From an uncultured Candidatus Saccharibacteria bacterium (GTDB taxonomy: Bacteria; Patescibacteriota; Doudnabacteria; UBA920; O2-02-FULL-48-8): DNA of 64,000 nucleotides. Location of the stretch: the NCBI GenBank assembly GCA_964605735.1, contig CAZSDS010000001.1, forward strand, positions 70,771 to 134,770, written 5' to 3'. The translations under genes and the position numbers were made by a program. The notes under the pieces were generated by a model. It did not search any database and was not told where the DNA came from. It was given only the letters and a program-made list of their open reading frames with translations. Below, in pieces: positions 43,169 through 52,088 of the stretch. How positions within the stretch are numbered: the first letter of the stretch is position 1; each line of letters starts with the position of its first letter.

Positions 43169-45556
43169 ATGAAATTTGTGACCAAGGTCACACAGTCAGG
43201 GATCGCTAGAGCTATGGCTTCTGCTTTGGTATTGGCATTCGTTGTGTCCAGTACCGGGTTGATCATGGCTGATTGGGGTCCGGCACGACGTGATGTTTCT
43301 GTTCGAATCTACAACGGCGAGCCTTCCACGAACAACGGCGTGGCTGGGGCTTCCGTTAAGTTCGTTGCTCATGACAGCGCTAATCCGGATAACGGCGTAA
43401 CCGTTACCACAAATGACGCAGGTGAGTACGAAGTCAGCTTGTTTCAGGGTGGATACACAATTGAAGTGAGCCATCCGGATTTTTATTCAGAAAGCATGGA
43501 GATCAACGTTGTTGGTCATCTTAATGCTGACATTTCTTTACTGCCAAAGGATACGCCTCAGGCTCCGGAAGAACCTCAGACAGGAGACAATTGTTTCCCT
43601 GTTCCGCCACGCGGCCAGGCTTTGCTGAACATTTGGCCTATCTCAGAAAGCGGCAATCCATGCACTGACTACCCTCTGCTTGCAGGGAAGAATGTAACCC
43701 GCAACACCGATTACCAGCACGGTGCAACAATCTCTGCCGGTGAAAATGATGTTTTGCGCTTCCGCTTGTATGTGCACAACGGCACTATGGACTTCCCGGA
43801 AAATGTTGCACATAATGTGGTGGCAAAAGCCAGCCTTCCAGACACTCGAGGTTCAGCAACCATAGCCGCTGAAGCTTGGGCAAATGATGCTGTTCGAATT
43901 TTCTCCCATGAAAAGGGCGGTAATTTGAACGTTTCAATGGGTTCTGGCGAATTCCTTGAATTTATTTCCGGTTCTACAAAAGTTTTCTCCCGCGGCCCGG
44001 TTGAAATCGGCGGCGGTTCAGATTCTGTTGTAACCTCAGGCCAGTCCTTGGGTGATATGCGCGGATGCTACGAATTTTTGCGATTCGTGACCTTTGAAGC
44101 GCGAGTGAAAAAGGACGTTCCAACGCCTCCTCCTCCAGGACCTACACCTCCACCACCAGCACCGACTCCAACTCCAGTTCCGCCTCCACCGGCGCCAACA
44201 CCGGTCCCACCTCCACCAGCACCGACTCCAACCATCAACTTGGAGAAGGTTGTCCGTAATGTTTCAGACAATCAGGCGAATTTTGTTAAAACCACAAACG
44301 CTGATCCAGGTGAACAGGTTGAGTTCCAGCTGCGCGTAACCGCAGAACACACGGTCCATAACATCAAGATTTCTGACGTGTTGCCGGATCGGTTGGCTTA
44401 CGTCACCAATTCCTTGAGAATTGAAGGCGAAGCTGCAGGCAATGACTTGAGCAATATTTTGGTCGGCACATTGACTTCCTCTTCAAAAAACGTGACCTTC
44501 CGTGCAACGGTTGCAGGTGCGTCATCATTCACTGTTGGTTCAACGACTTTGACCAACACTGCAAATCTGACCTCAAGCGCAGGTTCAGATTCAGATGTTG
44601 CCCACGTGGTTGTAACCAAGCAGGTAACACCACCGCCAGCACAACAGCCTGTTCTGAAGATTGAAAAGACAGTCCGAAACGTTTCTCAAAACGCCAATGC
44701 TTCTTTCGTTGAAACCGCAACCGCCAAAAACGGGGAAGTCGTGGAGTTCAGGATTGTGGTCAGCAACACTGGCAATGCAAGCGCTAATGATGTGAAATTG
44801 ACCGACAATTTGCCTGGTTTGTTGGTTCTGGACCAAAGCTCCGTCAGGCTTGATGGTGCCTCAGTGTCCGGAAACCTGTTTGCTTCTCCAGGCATCAGCT
44901 TGGGTAATCTTTCAGTTAACCAGTCCAGGACCGTGACCTTCAAAGCAAAAGCCCAGTCCGTGGCTGTCCAGCAAACTGCAACCAACGTTGCGATTGCAAA
45001 CTCATCCAATGCCGGTTCTGTCAGCGATTCAGCCCAGGTAATTATCGTTCCACCGCCAGCAGTCCCTAATGTTGAGCTCTCGAAGAAAGCTCATAACGTA
45101 ACCCAAAACAAGGACGCAACCAAAGTAACTGCCAAAGCAGGTGACGTAATCAAATACACCTTGATTGCCAAGAACGTCGGCACAGTCACTGTTCCTAACT
45201 TTGTTGTTCAGGACAACATTGCAGATATCTTGCAGCTTGCTGACATCACAGATTTCGGCGGCGCAACTCTGGATGCAAATTCAAAGGTTTTGACCTGGCC
45301 GGCATTCAACATTCCCGTTAACACCCATCTTGAAAGAACCTTCACTGTCCGCGTCAAAAATCCGGTCCCTACAGGCACTGATTACATCATGACCAATATT
45401 TATGGTAACAAGGTTGAAGTGCCGGTTGAAAAGCCGTTCGTAGCTCCTCCTACAGGCACTGCTTCAACAATCAGCTTGGTTTTGGCTTCCGTATCCGTAG
45501 TCGGCTACTTCTTCTACCGCCGCTACCAGACTTCCAAAGCCGGAATGATCGCTTAA
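43169..45556 (+). CDS. large cell-surface protein: DUF11-type repeats, Pro/Thr-rich spacer, C-terminal sortase-type sorting signal (APPTG)
   Basis: Start at MKFVTK with an AGGAG RBS (ORF opens at 42917 in a stretch overlapping the upstream gene). Signal peptide. PTPPPPGPTPPPPAPTPTPVPPPPAPTPVPPPPAPTP spacer. At least three DUF11-like beta domains. C-terminus VAPPTGTAS + hydrophobic helix + RRYQTSK. Confidence 0.65.
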   Translation: MKFVTKVTQSGIARAMASALVLAFVVSSTGLIMADWGPARRDVSVRIYNGEPSTNNGVAGASVKFVAHDSANPDNGVTVTTNDAGEYEVSLFQGGYTIEVSHPDFYSESMEINVVGHLNADISLLPKDTPQAPEEPQTGDNCFPVPPRGQALLNIWPISESGNPCTDYPLLAGKNVTRNTDYQHGATISAGENDVLRFRLYVHNGTMDFPENVAHNVVAKASLPDTRGSATIAAEAWANDAVRIFSHEKGGNLNVSMGSGEFLEFISGSTKVFSRGPVEIGGGSDSVVTSGQSLGDMRGCYEFLRFVTFEARVKKDVPTPPPPGPTPPPPAPTPTPVPPPPAPTPVPPPPAPTPTINLEKVVRNVSDNQANFVKTTNADPGEQVEFQLRVTAEHTVHNIKISDVLPDRLAYVTNSLRIEGEAAGNDLSNILVGTLTSSSKNVTFRATVAGASSFTVGSTTLTNTANLTSSAGSDSDVAHVVVTKQVTPPPAQQPVLKIEKTVRNVSQNANASFVETATAKNGEVVEFRIVVSNTGNASANDVKLTDNLPGLLVLDQSSVRLDGASVSGNLFASPGISLGNLSVNQSRTVTFKAKAQSVAVQQTATNVAIANSSNAGSVSDSAQVIIVPPPAVPNVELSKKAHNVTQNKDATKVTAKAGDVIKYTLIAKNVGTVTVPNFVVQDNIADILQLADITDFGGATLDANSKVLTWPAFNIPVNTHLERTFTVRVKNPVPTGTDYIMTNIYGNKVEVPVEKPFVAPPTGTASTISLVLASVSVVGYFFYRRYQTSKAGMIA

Positions 45557-45583
45557 TCATTAAACAGTAATTTAAGTAAATCT

Positions 45584-46225
45584 ATGGCAAGAAAAACAAT
45601 TATTACTGTCATCGTTCTTCTGGGAATTCTGGCCCTCTTATTCTGGTACCAGCAAAGCCGCGAAGAAGATAACAGCTCAGAGAACACCGAACTTTCAGTT
45701 TCCGTGTTCAACACCACCAAAAACGCTGATGCCACCACAGTCACGGCATCACCAGAGGACAATTTGACTTACACTCTGACTGTCCGCAACACTGGCGATG
45801 AAACCATTTCCGGTTATGTGGTGGAAACCAATATCAGTGATTTGAGCGAATTGGCGGTTTTGACCGACGCGCAGGGCGCAAATTACAACGCCAGCACCAA
45901 TTCTTTGATGTGGACCCCGTTGGATATTCCGGTAAACGGCTCAATCGAAAAGCAGTTTACTGTCCGGGTCAAACCAACTTTGCCGACAGACTCAGATTTG
46001 ATGATGTCAGTGACATTCAATAACGAAGTTATTGTCTCAGTTGCCCCGGCAGTTGCGGCTAATCCAACACCAACTCCATCTCAGACGCCAACTCAGACTC
46101 CGGCCCAGCCTCCATACAAGGCTCCAACCACCGGCCCATCAATGTGGTTTGCGTTTATCCTGGCAGTGACATTCACATTAGGAGTGTTGCTGTTCAGAGC
46201 CTCAAAACGCATCAGCGCAGAGTAA
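45584..46225 (+). CDS. cell-surface DUF11-domain protein with C-terminal sorting signal (APTTG)
   Basis: Signal/anchor. The DUF11-like domain is paralogous to the C-terminal domain of the upstream gene. Ser/Thr/Pro-rich stalk. C-terminus YKAPTTGPS + hydrophobic helix + RASKR. Confidence 0.6.
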   Translation: MARKTIITVIVLLGILALLFWYQQSREEDNSSENTELSVSVFNTTKNADATTVTASPEDNLTYTLTVRNTGDETISGYVVETNISDLSELAVLTDAQGANYNASTNSLMWTPLDIPVNGSIEKQFTVRVKPTLPTDSDLMMSVTFNNEVIVSVAPAVAANPTPTPSQTPTQTPAQPPYKAPTTGPSMWFAFILAVTFTLGVLLFRASKRISAE

Positions 46226-46265
46226 TACTTTTGGGGATAACTCAAATAGAATAAAAAATATAGGT

Positions 46266-46310
46266 CAGGGTAAGTGCTTAAATTAAAGCATTTACCCTGA
46301 TTTTGTTTTG
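46266..46310 (+). terminator. Rho-independent terminator
   Basis: 13-bp stem TCAGGGTAAGTGC/GCATTTACCCTGA (one mismatch) followed by TTTTGTTTT. Confidence 0.6.
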
Positions 46311-46428
46311 TACTTGTAACATGGTTTTTTATTGCCTATGATTAAAGCAAAACAAAGCACCAAAACCAAAGGACCGATGCCCGTCGGTTTTTATTGTAAG
46401 AAAAGTAATTTGGTTTTTATGCAATCAC

Positions 46429-47538
46429 ATGTCACACCTTCCATACATAGCCGAAACTGAAAAATTGCTTGCGGAAAACAACAAGCAGATTTTAAAAATA
46501 GGCGAACTGGGTCCGTACTTGTCTGACCTCCAGGTAGATGGCGGCTTCGCTCCTTCTGGGAATCCGAAAATTTTGGTTACCGGCGGCGCAGGATATATTG
46601 GTTCACACACGGTAAAGGAACTGGTTGGCCGAGGCCATAGAGTTCTGGTTTTGGATAACCTTTCGTCAGGGCATGATCAGGCAATTGACGTTCAACTTGT
46701 CAATGTGGACCTTCTGGATGAAAACTCATTGAATTTTGTGTTTACGGAGCACAATATCACTGCCGTGGTCCACTTTGCCGGATCTATCAGAGTGGATGAA
46801 TCCGTAAAAGAACCGGACAAATATTTCCGTAACAATGTTGTCGCAACTTTGAACCTTGTCAACGCCATGCTCAAGCATGGTGTAAAGAAATTGGTGTATT
46901 CATCTTCAGCCGCTGTTTACGGGAACCCTGCCCGCATACCAATTAATGAAGAAGATGAGTGTGTGCCAACTAACCCCTACGGAGAGTCAAAATTGCTGGT
47001 TGAGAAAATTATCAGGAATTATCATGTTCAGCATGGCTTATCCGCAGTGGCTTTGCGCTATTTTAATGCCGCAGGCGCTGCTTTGGACGCAAGCATAGGG
47101 GAGAACCATCCGGTTGAAACCCACATCATTCCAAAAATACTTGATGTCGTCTTGAGGAAAGAAGAGTCATTTAAGGTTTTTGGGAAGGATTACCCGACGC
47201 GCGACGGCACAGCTGTCCGCGACTATGTCCACGTGCAGGATTTGGCCGCTGTCCACGCTCTCGCTCTGGAAAAAATTGAGAAGGAGCCGGGTTTATATAC
47301 GTACAACGTCGGGACAGGAAAGGGTTATTCCATACACCAGGTCATCCAGGAAGTTTTGGAAGTTACCAGGAAAATGATTATTTGCGACCCACAGCCCAGG
47401 CGCGAGGGCGATCCCGCCATTCTGGTGGCAGATCCCACTAAACTTAAGAATGAATTGGGTTATGAGCTGAAGTATTCAGACATGAACACGATAATCAAAA
47501 CCGCCTGGGAGTGGCACAAAAAGCTTAGCCAGAAATAA
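46429..47538 (+). CDS. galE: UDP-glucose 4-epimerase
   Basis: KILVTGGAGYIGSHTV…, YGESK (YxxxK). About 47 aa of non-conserved N-terminal extension in the ATG-initiated ORF. The true start may be a downstream non-ATG codon. Confidence 0.8.
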   Translation: MSHLPYIAETEKLLAENNKQILKIGELGPYLSDLQVDGGFAPSGNPKILVTGGAGYIGSHTVKELVGRGHRVLVLDNLSSGHDQAIDVQLVNVDLLDENSLNFVFTEHNITAVVHFAGSIRVDESVKEPDKYFRNNVVATLNLVNAMLKHGVKKLVYSSSAAVYGNPARIPINEEDECVPTNPYGESKLLVEKIIRNYHVQHGLSAVALRYFNAAGAALDASIGENHPVETHIIPKILDVVLRKEESFKVFGKDYPTRDGTAVRDYVHVQDLAAVHALALEKIEKEPGLYTYNVGTGKGYSIHQVIQEVLEVTRKMIICDPQPRREGDPAILVADPTKLKNELGYELKYSDMNTIIKTAWEWHKKLSQK

Positions 47539-47601
47539 TTTTGATATTAAAGCCGTTTGTGGTATAATAAATTCAAATATTAAAACAACCTGAAACCAAA
47601 A

Positions 47602-48327
47602 ATGAAAAGACTTTCGGTAATTATTCCGGCACATAACGAGGAAAAAAGAATCGAGAAAACCCTTCTTGATGTAGATGCATACCTTGAAAAACAGCAATAC
47701 GATTATGAGATTATCGTAGTTAACAACAACAGTAACGACGGCACAGTCGAACTCGTTAAAAAACTTGAGTCCACGACCGTCCAAAATTCTAAGATCATAT
47801 CTGAAACGATTCCAGGCAAAGGGGCAGCAGTAAAGAGAGGAATCATGGAGGCTCAGGGCGATTATGTTGTGTTCATGGACGCTGACAACGCCACTCCAAT
47901 TTCTGAAATTGAAAAATTCTGGCCTTACTTGCAACAAGGCTATGAAGTTGTAATCGGCTCACGGTATGTTGATCCTTCCACAGTAAAGATCAAACAGCCT
48001 TTTTACCGGATTGCGTTGTCCAGAATGAGCAATCTTCTGATCCAAACATTGTTGGTGCCTCACATCAAAGACACGCAATGCGGATTTAAGGCTTTCCAGG
48101 GACAGGCTGCCAAGGAAATTTTCAGGCACGTTACTATTTACGGTTGGGCTTTTGATATGGAATTGCTTGCAGTTGCCCTAAAACTGAGCTATAGAATCAG
48201 GGAAGTGCCGGTATCCTGGACTGAGCATGGCGGGAGCCATGTCCCATTGAAGGCATATTTGAAATCCCTGATTGATTTGTTTGTGATCAAATGGCGGGCG
48301 CTTACTGGTGAATATTCCGCCAAGTAA
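47602..48327 (+). CDS. GT2 glycosyltransferase (polyprenol-phosphate sugar synthase/DPM1-like)
   Basis: SVIIPAHNEEKRI…VVNNNSNDGT…FMDADN (DxD). An extended -10 TGgTATAAT lies about 35 nt upstream. Confidence 0.8.
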   Translation: MKRLSVIIPAHNEEKRIEKTLLDVDAYLEKQQYDYEIIVVNNNSNDGTVELVKKLESTTVQNSKIISETIPGKGAAVKRGIMEAQGDYVVFMDADNATPISEIEKFWPYLQQGYEVVIGSRYVDPSTVKIKQPFYRIALSRMSNLLIQTLLVPHIKDTQCGFKAFQGQAAKEIFRHVTIYGWAFDMELLAVALKLSYRIREVPVSWTEHGGSHVPLKAYLKSLIDLFVIKWRALTGEYSAK

Positions 48328-48393
48328 TTTAAGAATAATTTTATAACAGCGTTCAAAACAAAAAAACTTAGGGCAATTCTGAGCGGCATACTC

Positions 48394-50349
48394 GTGCCAG
48401 TTTTTTTGCTGGTTGCAGTGTTAAGTTACGGAAGTCCGGCTGATGCCCAAGAATCAAGAATAGATATTATTTTCGGCGCAACTGACGCTGATCTTTCCAA
48501 GTACGATTTCACAGCACTGAACTTTTTGTTTGGCGGAAATGGCCTGCCACAAACGTATAAGGCCAGCACAACGCAATCTGAGTTAGACAAGATGAAAAAT
48601 GATCCGGGGTTTGCGTATATCGAGCTTGATTTGCCGGTAAAAGCCGCAGAAATTGTTGCAAACGATCCATACTTTCCGCTGTCTGACAATGATGAAGACA
48701 GGCAATGGTATTTGCGAAAAATAAAAATGCCTGAAGCCTGGGTGTTTGGATCAGGATCGCGTTCAGTTAAGGTCGCAGTCATAGATACTGGAGTCCATGC
48801 CAGCCATTTGGATTTAAATGATGGGCGGGTGATTGAGGGGTTTAATGTTGTAACAGGCCGCGTTATTCCTGCCGGTTCTGATTCAGATGATAACGGACAC
48901 GGCACAGCCGTGGCCGGCGTGATAGGCGCGATTTCAAATAACTCAAGAGGCGTAGCCGGCGTGGCCTGGGATGTCAGCATAATTCCGGTTAAGGCTCTTG
49001 AGGCAAATGGTTCAGGAACCATCTCGTCTGTTGCCACGGCAATCGTCTGGGCGGCGCAAAACGGTGCGAACATCATAAACCTAAGCTTGGGTGGACCAGG
49101 GTTTGGCAATGACCAGACTTTAAACAACGCCATAATCCATGCCTACAATTCCGGATCTTTGATTGTGGCTGCCGCAGGCAATGATCTGGCAGACCACGGC
49201 ATCAATCTGGACAATTCTCCCGTCTATCCGATCTGCGCGGATGGCGGCAACAATATGGTCATAGGGGTGGCAGCCAGCGACGTCAATGACCAGAAAGCCA
49301 GTTTTTCCAACTACGGCATAAACTGCGTTGACATCGTTGCTCCCGGGAAAAAAATCTTGACCACCGCATTTATACCTTCAGACCCTTCCGATAATATTCT
49401 GATTTATGGATCAGGGACATCTCTGGCCGCGCCAGTCGTGTCCGGAGTTGCGGCACTGCTTAAATCAAACAACCCGAACTTAACCAACACTGAAATCAAA
49501 AATATCCTTTTGCGCACCACGGACAACATTGATTCGTTAAACCAGGACACCTGTTTCGGCGCCAGCTGTAACGGATTTTTGGGACGAGGCAGGTTAAATG
49601 CCTTGTCGGCGCTGAGTCCGCAGCCGGTTTTGAACGGACAGCTGGTCCGTGAAGCCGCAACCGGTAACGTGTATCAGGTTACTGGCGGCAAGAAAAAACT
49701 TGTCAGCAGTTTTGTGTTTAATCAGCGGAAATTAAATCCAGCGGACGTTCTGACTGAAATCAACAACCAGCTGGCCAACTATACGCTAGACACCCCGCTT
49801 CTTCCTTTGAAGGGAACGCTTATCAAAGGCCAGACTGATCCGACAGTTTATTTCGTGGATGATGACGTCAAGCGGCCGCTGACTTTCTTGGTATTCCAGT
49901 CGCGAGGTTTCAGGTTCGGCGATGTTGTGACTCTGCCGGAAACGGATCTGCTTGCAATCCCAACCGGCGAATGGTACTGGCCGCCGGATGGCACCATGGT
50001 TTTGATCAAGGGGAACCCTACGGTTTATGTTATGCACAATGGAGTGAAACGCCCCGTGACGTATTTCGTCTTTACACAAAGACGGTTGTCCTTCTCCCGA
50101 GTTGTTGAAGTTACACAAGATGAATTTGGACATATTCCAAATTCACCTGACCAATACTGGCTACCGCCTTTGGAAAATACTCTTGTGAAATCAGAAGCGG
50201 ACCCAACAGTGTACATTATCTTAGACGGAATCAAACGCCCGGTTACCTACGAAGCTTTTGTCTCACGCAACCTGAGTTTTGCCAGCATAAAAGTCCTGCC
50301 TCAGGCAGAAATGGACATTATCCAAACCGGTTCAGTTTTAAGCAATTAA
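48394..50349 (+). CDS. secreted subtilisin-like (S8) serine protease with four C-terminal ~58-aa repeats
   Basis: Asp VAVIDTGV, His DDNGHGTAVAG, Ser GTSLAAPVVSG. Then four repeats with core GTLIKGxxDPTVYxxxDGxKRPVTYxxFxxRxLSF. Confidence 0.8.
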   Translation: MPVFLLVAVLSYGSPADAQESRIDIIFGATDADLSKYDFTALNFLFGGNGLPQTYKASTTQSELDKMKNDPGFAYIELDLPVKAAEIVANDPYFPLSDNDEDRQWYLRKIKMPEAWVFGSGSRSVKVAVIDTGVHASHLDLNDGRVIEGFNVVTGRVIPAGSDSDDNGHGTAVAGVIGAISNNSRGVAGVAWDVSIIPVKALEANGSGTISSVATAIVWAAQNGANIINLSLGGPGFGNDQTLNNAIIHAYNSGSLIVAAAGNDLADHGINLDNSPVYPICADGGNNMVIGVAASDVNDQKASFSNYGINCVDIVAPGKKILTTAFIPSDPSDNILIYGSGTSLAAPVVSGVAALLKSNNPNLTNTEIKNILLRTTDNIDSLNQDTCFGASCNGFLGRGRLNALSALSPQPVLNGQLVREAATGNVYQVTGGKKKLVSSFVFNQRKLNPADVLTEINNQLANYTLDTPLLPLKGTLIKGQTDPTVYFVDDDVKRPLTFLVFQSRGFRFGDVVTLPETDLLAIPTGEWYWPPDGTMVLIKGNPTVYVMHNGVKRPVTYFVFTQRRLSFSRVVEVTQDEFGHIPNSPDQYWLPPLENTLVKSEADPTVYIILDGIKRPVTYEAFVSRNLSFASIKVLPQAEMDIIQTGSVLSN

Positions 50350-50366
50350 ATCCCCCAGGAGAAATA

Positions 50367-52085
50367 ATGATTTTTCGTTCAAAAAAAATTCTATCGTTCA
50401 TGACTGCAGTGCTTGTGGCGGCCTCATCTTTGTTTCCGGTTGATTTCGCTTCAGCGCAGGAGGCAATCGACCCTAACTTTAATCCGGGAATATTGATTAG
50501 TGACAAGGCGTTCTCGGACGTCGGTACTTTTGGCTCCGCCGCAGGCATCCAGAAGTTTTTTGAGCAGAAAAACTCCGTGCTTGCCAGTACGTCTCCTGAC
50601 TTCCTCCTGAAGTTAAAAGAGCCGGACACAGCGACAAAAATCGGATTGGAAGACCCTCAGCCGAACCTGGGCAGGCTCAGAACAGCAGCTGAGCTTGTTT
50701 ATGATGCCGCGACAAAGCACGGGTTGAACCCGCAAGTTCTTTTGGTGAAGCTGGAAAAAGAACAAAGCCTTGTTACCGGACAATTTTCAGGAGACACTTT
50801 GCAGAGAAGATTGGATCGCGCTGTTGGATTTGGCTGTCCTGACTATGAAGGGTGTGGTGATATTTTCTTGAGCTTTTACAGGCAAATGTTCGGCACCTTT
50901 GATTCAGACGGCGCGCGATGGCTCGGCGCGGCGGCTTCTTTGATGCGCTCATTCAACACTCCAAACGGAAGAGGCCCAGGCATTGATTCCCAAAACCAGG
51001 TGTTTGGCCGGCCGATTGTCAGGACCGCAAGGGTTGGGGATACCATTGTTTTGGATAACACGCTGGGCGGATATGCCGGAGTACAGCAAAACCAGACTGT
51101 GACAATAGGCAACCGCGCAACCGCGGCTCTTTACCGCTATACTCCGCACGTATTCAACGGTAATTATAATTTTTGGAAGCTGTATTCCAGATGGTTCAAA
51201 TACCCAAACGGCACAGTCATCAAACTGCCGACAGACACGAATTATTACGTGATAGACAATGGAACCAAGCGGCCTTTCTCGGCGTTCGTTGCCAATCAAA
51301 GAAAGCTTGATCTGACCAATGCAGTAACCGTATCGCAAACAGAATTTGATTCGTACATCACCGACAAACAAATGCCGCCGCTTGACGGAACATTGATCAA
51401 AGGTGACGCAGACAGCGCTGTGTTCCTGGTTCAGGACACAAAGAAACGGCCGATTTCATACCCGGTTTTTGTCCAGCGCAAATTCTCGTTCGCTAACGTT
51501 GTGACAATTCCGCAAGCTGAAGTAAACCTGTATGATCAGGGTGCATTCCTGACCCCGGCCAGCGGGACTCTGGTGGTTGGGCAGACAGACGGAACCGTTT
51601 ACTTGATCGATGGCGATTTGAAGCGGCCGATCAGTTATGAAATTTTCGTCGCCAGAAAATATTCCTTCGGCAACATCATGGCGCTGAGCGACACTGAAGT
51701 TCAGGCTTTCCCTTCTGGCGCATTCGTGTATCCGCCTGACCAGGTAGCCATTAACCTCAAAGGCGATACCGGGATTTACTGGTTCCGAGACGGACAGAAA
51801 CGATATGTCTCCGCGTTTGTTTACCAACAACGCGGCGTGAACACTTTCCCGCACATTTCCATTGGCATGGATGAGTTTACCCAAATTCCAACCGGCACTC
51901 CATTCCCGCCTCGGGATGGGACCATAATCAAAGGAGACCAGTCCAGCGGAATTTATCTCATGGAAAACGGCTTAAAGAGGTTGCTGACCCTGGCCGCTTA
52001 CCAAAGAATGCGAAATCCAAACCCAACCGTGTTGCCGCAGGGAGATGTTGACGCGTATGCCTCCGGTGAGGTGGTTGCCAAATAG
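50367..52085 (+). CDS. secreted protein: N-terminal SLT-like (degenerate lytic transglycosylase-like) region plus five copies of the same ~58-aa repeat
   Basis: Signal peptide. HGLNPQVLLVKLEKEQSL resembles the SLT catalytic-Glu region. Five C-terminal repeats (DGTLIKGDADSAVFLVQDTKKRPISYPVFVQRKFSF…). Confidence 0.5.
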   Translation: MIFRSKKILSFMTAVLVAASSLFPVDFASAQEAIDPNFNPGILISDKAFSDVGTFGSAAGIQKFFEQKNSVLASTSPDFLLKLKEPDTATKIGLEDPQPNLGRLRTAAELVYDAATKHGLNPQVLLVKLEKEQSLVTGQFSGDTLQRRLDRAVGFGCPDYEGCGDIFLSFYRQMFGTFDSDGARWLGAAASLMRSFNTPNGRGPGIDSQNQVFGRPIVRTARVGDTIVLDNTLGGYAGVQQNQTVTIGNRATAALYRYTPHVFNGNYNFWKLYSRWFKYPNGTVIKLPTDTNYYVIDNGTKRPFSAFVANQRKLDLTNAVTVSQTEFDSYITDKQMPPLDGTLIKGDADSAVFLVQDTKKRPISYPVFVQRKFSFANVVTIPQAEVNLYDQGAFLTPASGTLVVGQTDGTVYLIDGDLKRPISYEIFVARKYSFGNIMALSDTEVQAFPSGAFVYPPDQVAINLKGDTGIYWFRDGQKRYVSAFVYQQRGVNTFPHISIGMDEFTQIPTGTPFPPRDGTIIKGDQSSGIYLMENGLKRLLTLAAYQRMRNPNPTVLPQGDVDAYASGEVVAK

Positions 52086-52088
52086 CCT

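Noticed and set aside
44100-44240. Tandem direct repeats (CCTCCACCAGCACCGACTCCAAC twice) and proline-codon periodicity. I checked whether this could be a CRISPR or minisatellite.
   Set aside because: It lies inside a long ORF and encodes a PTPPPP spacer in frame. There are no regular repeat-spacer units and no cas genes. It is a coding low-complexity repeat.
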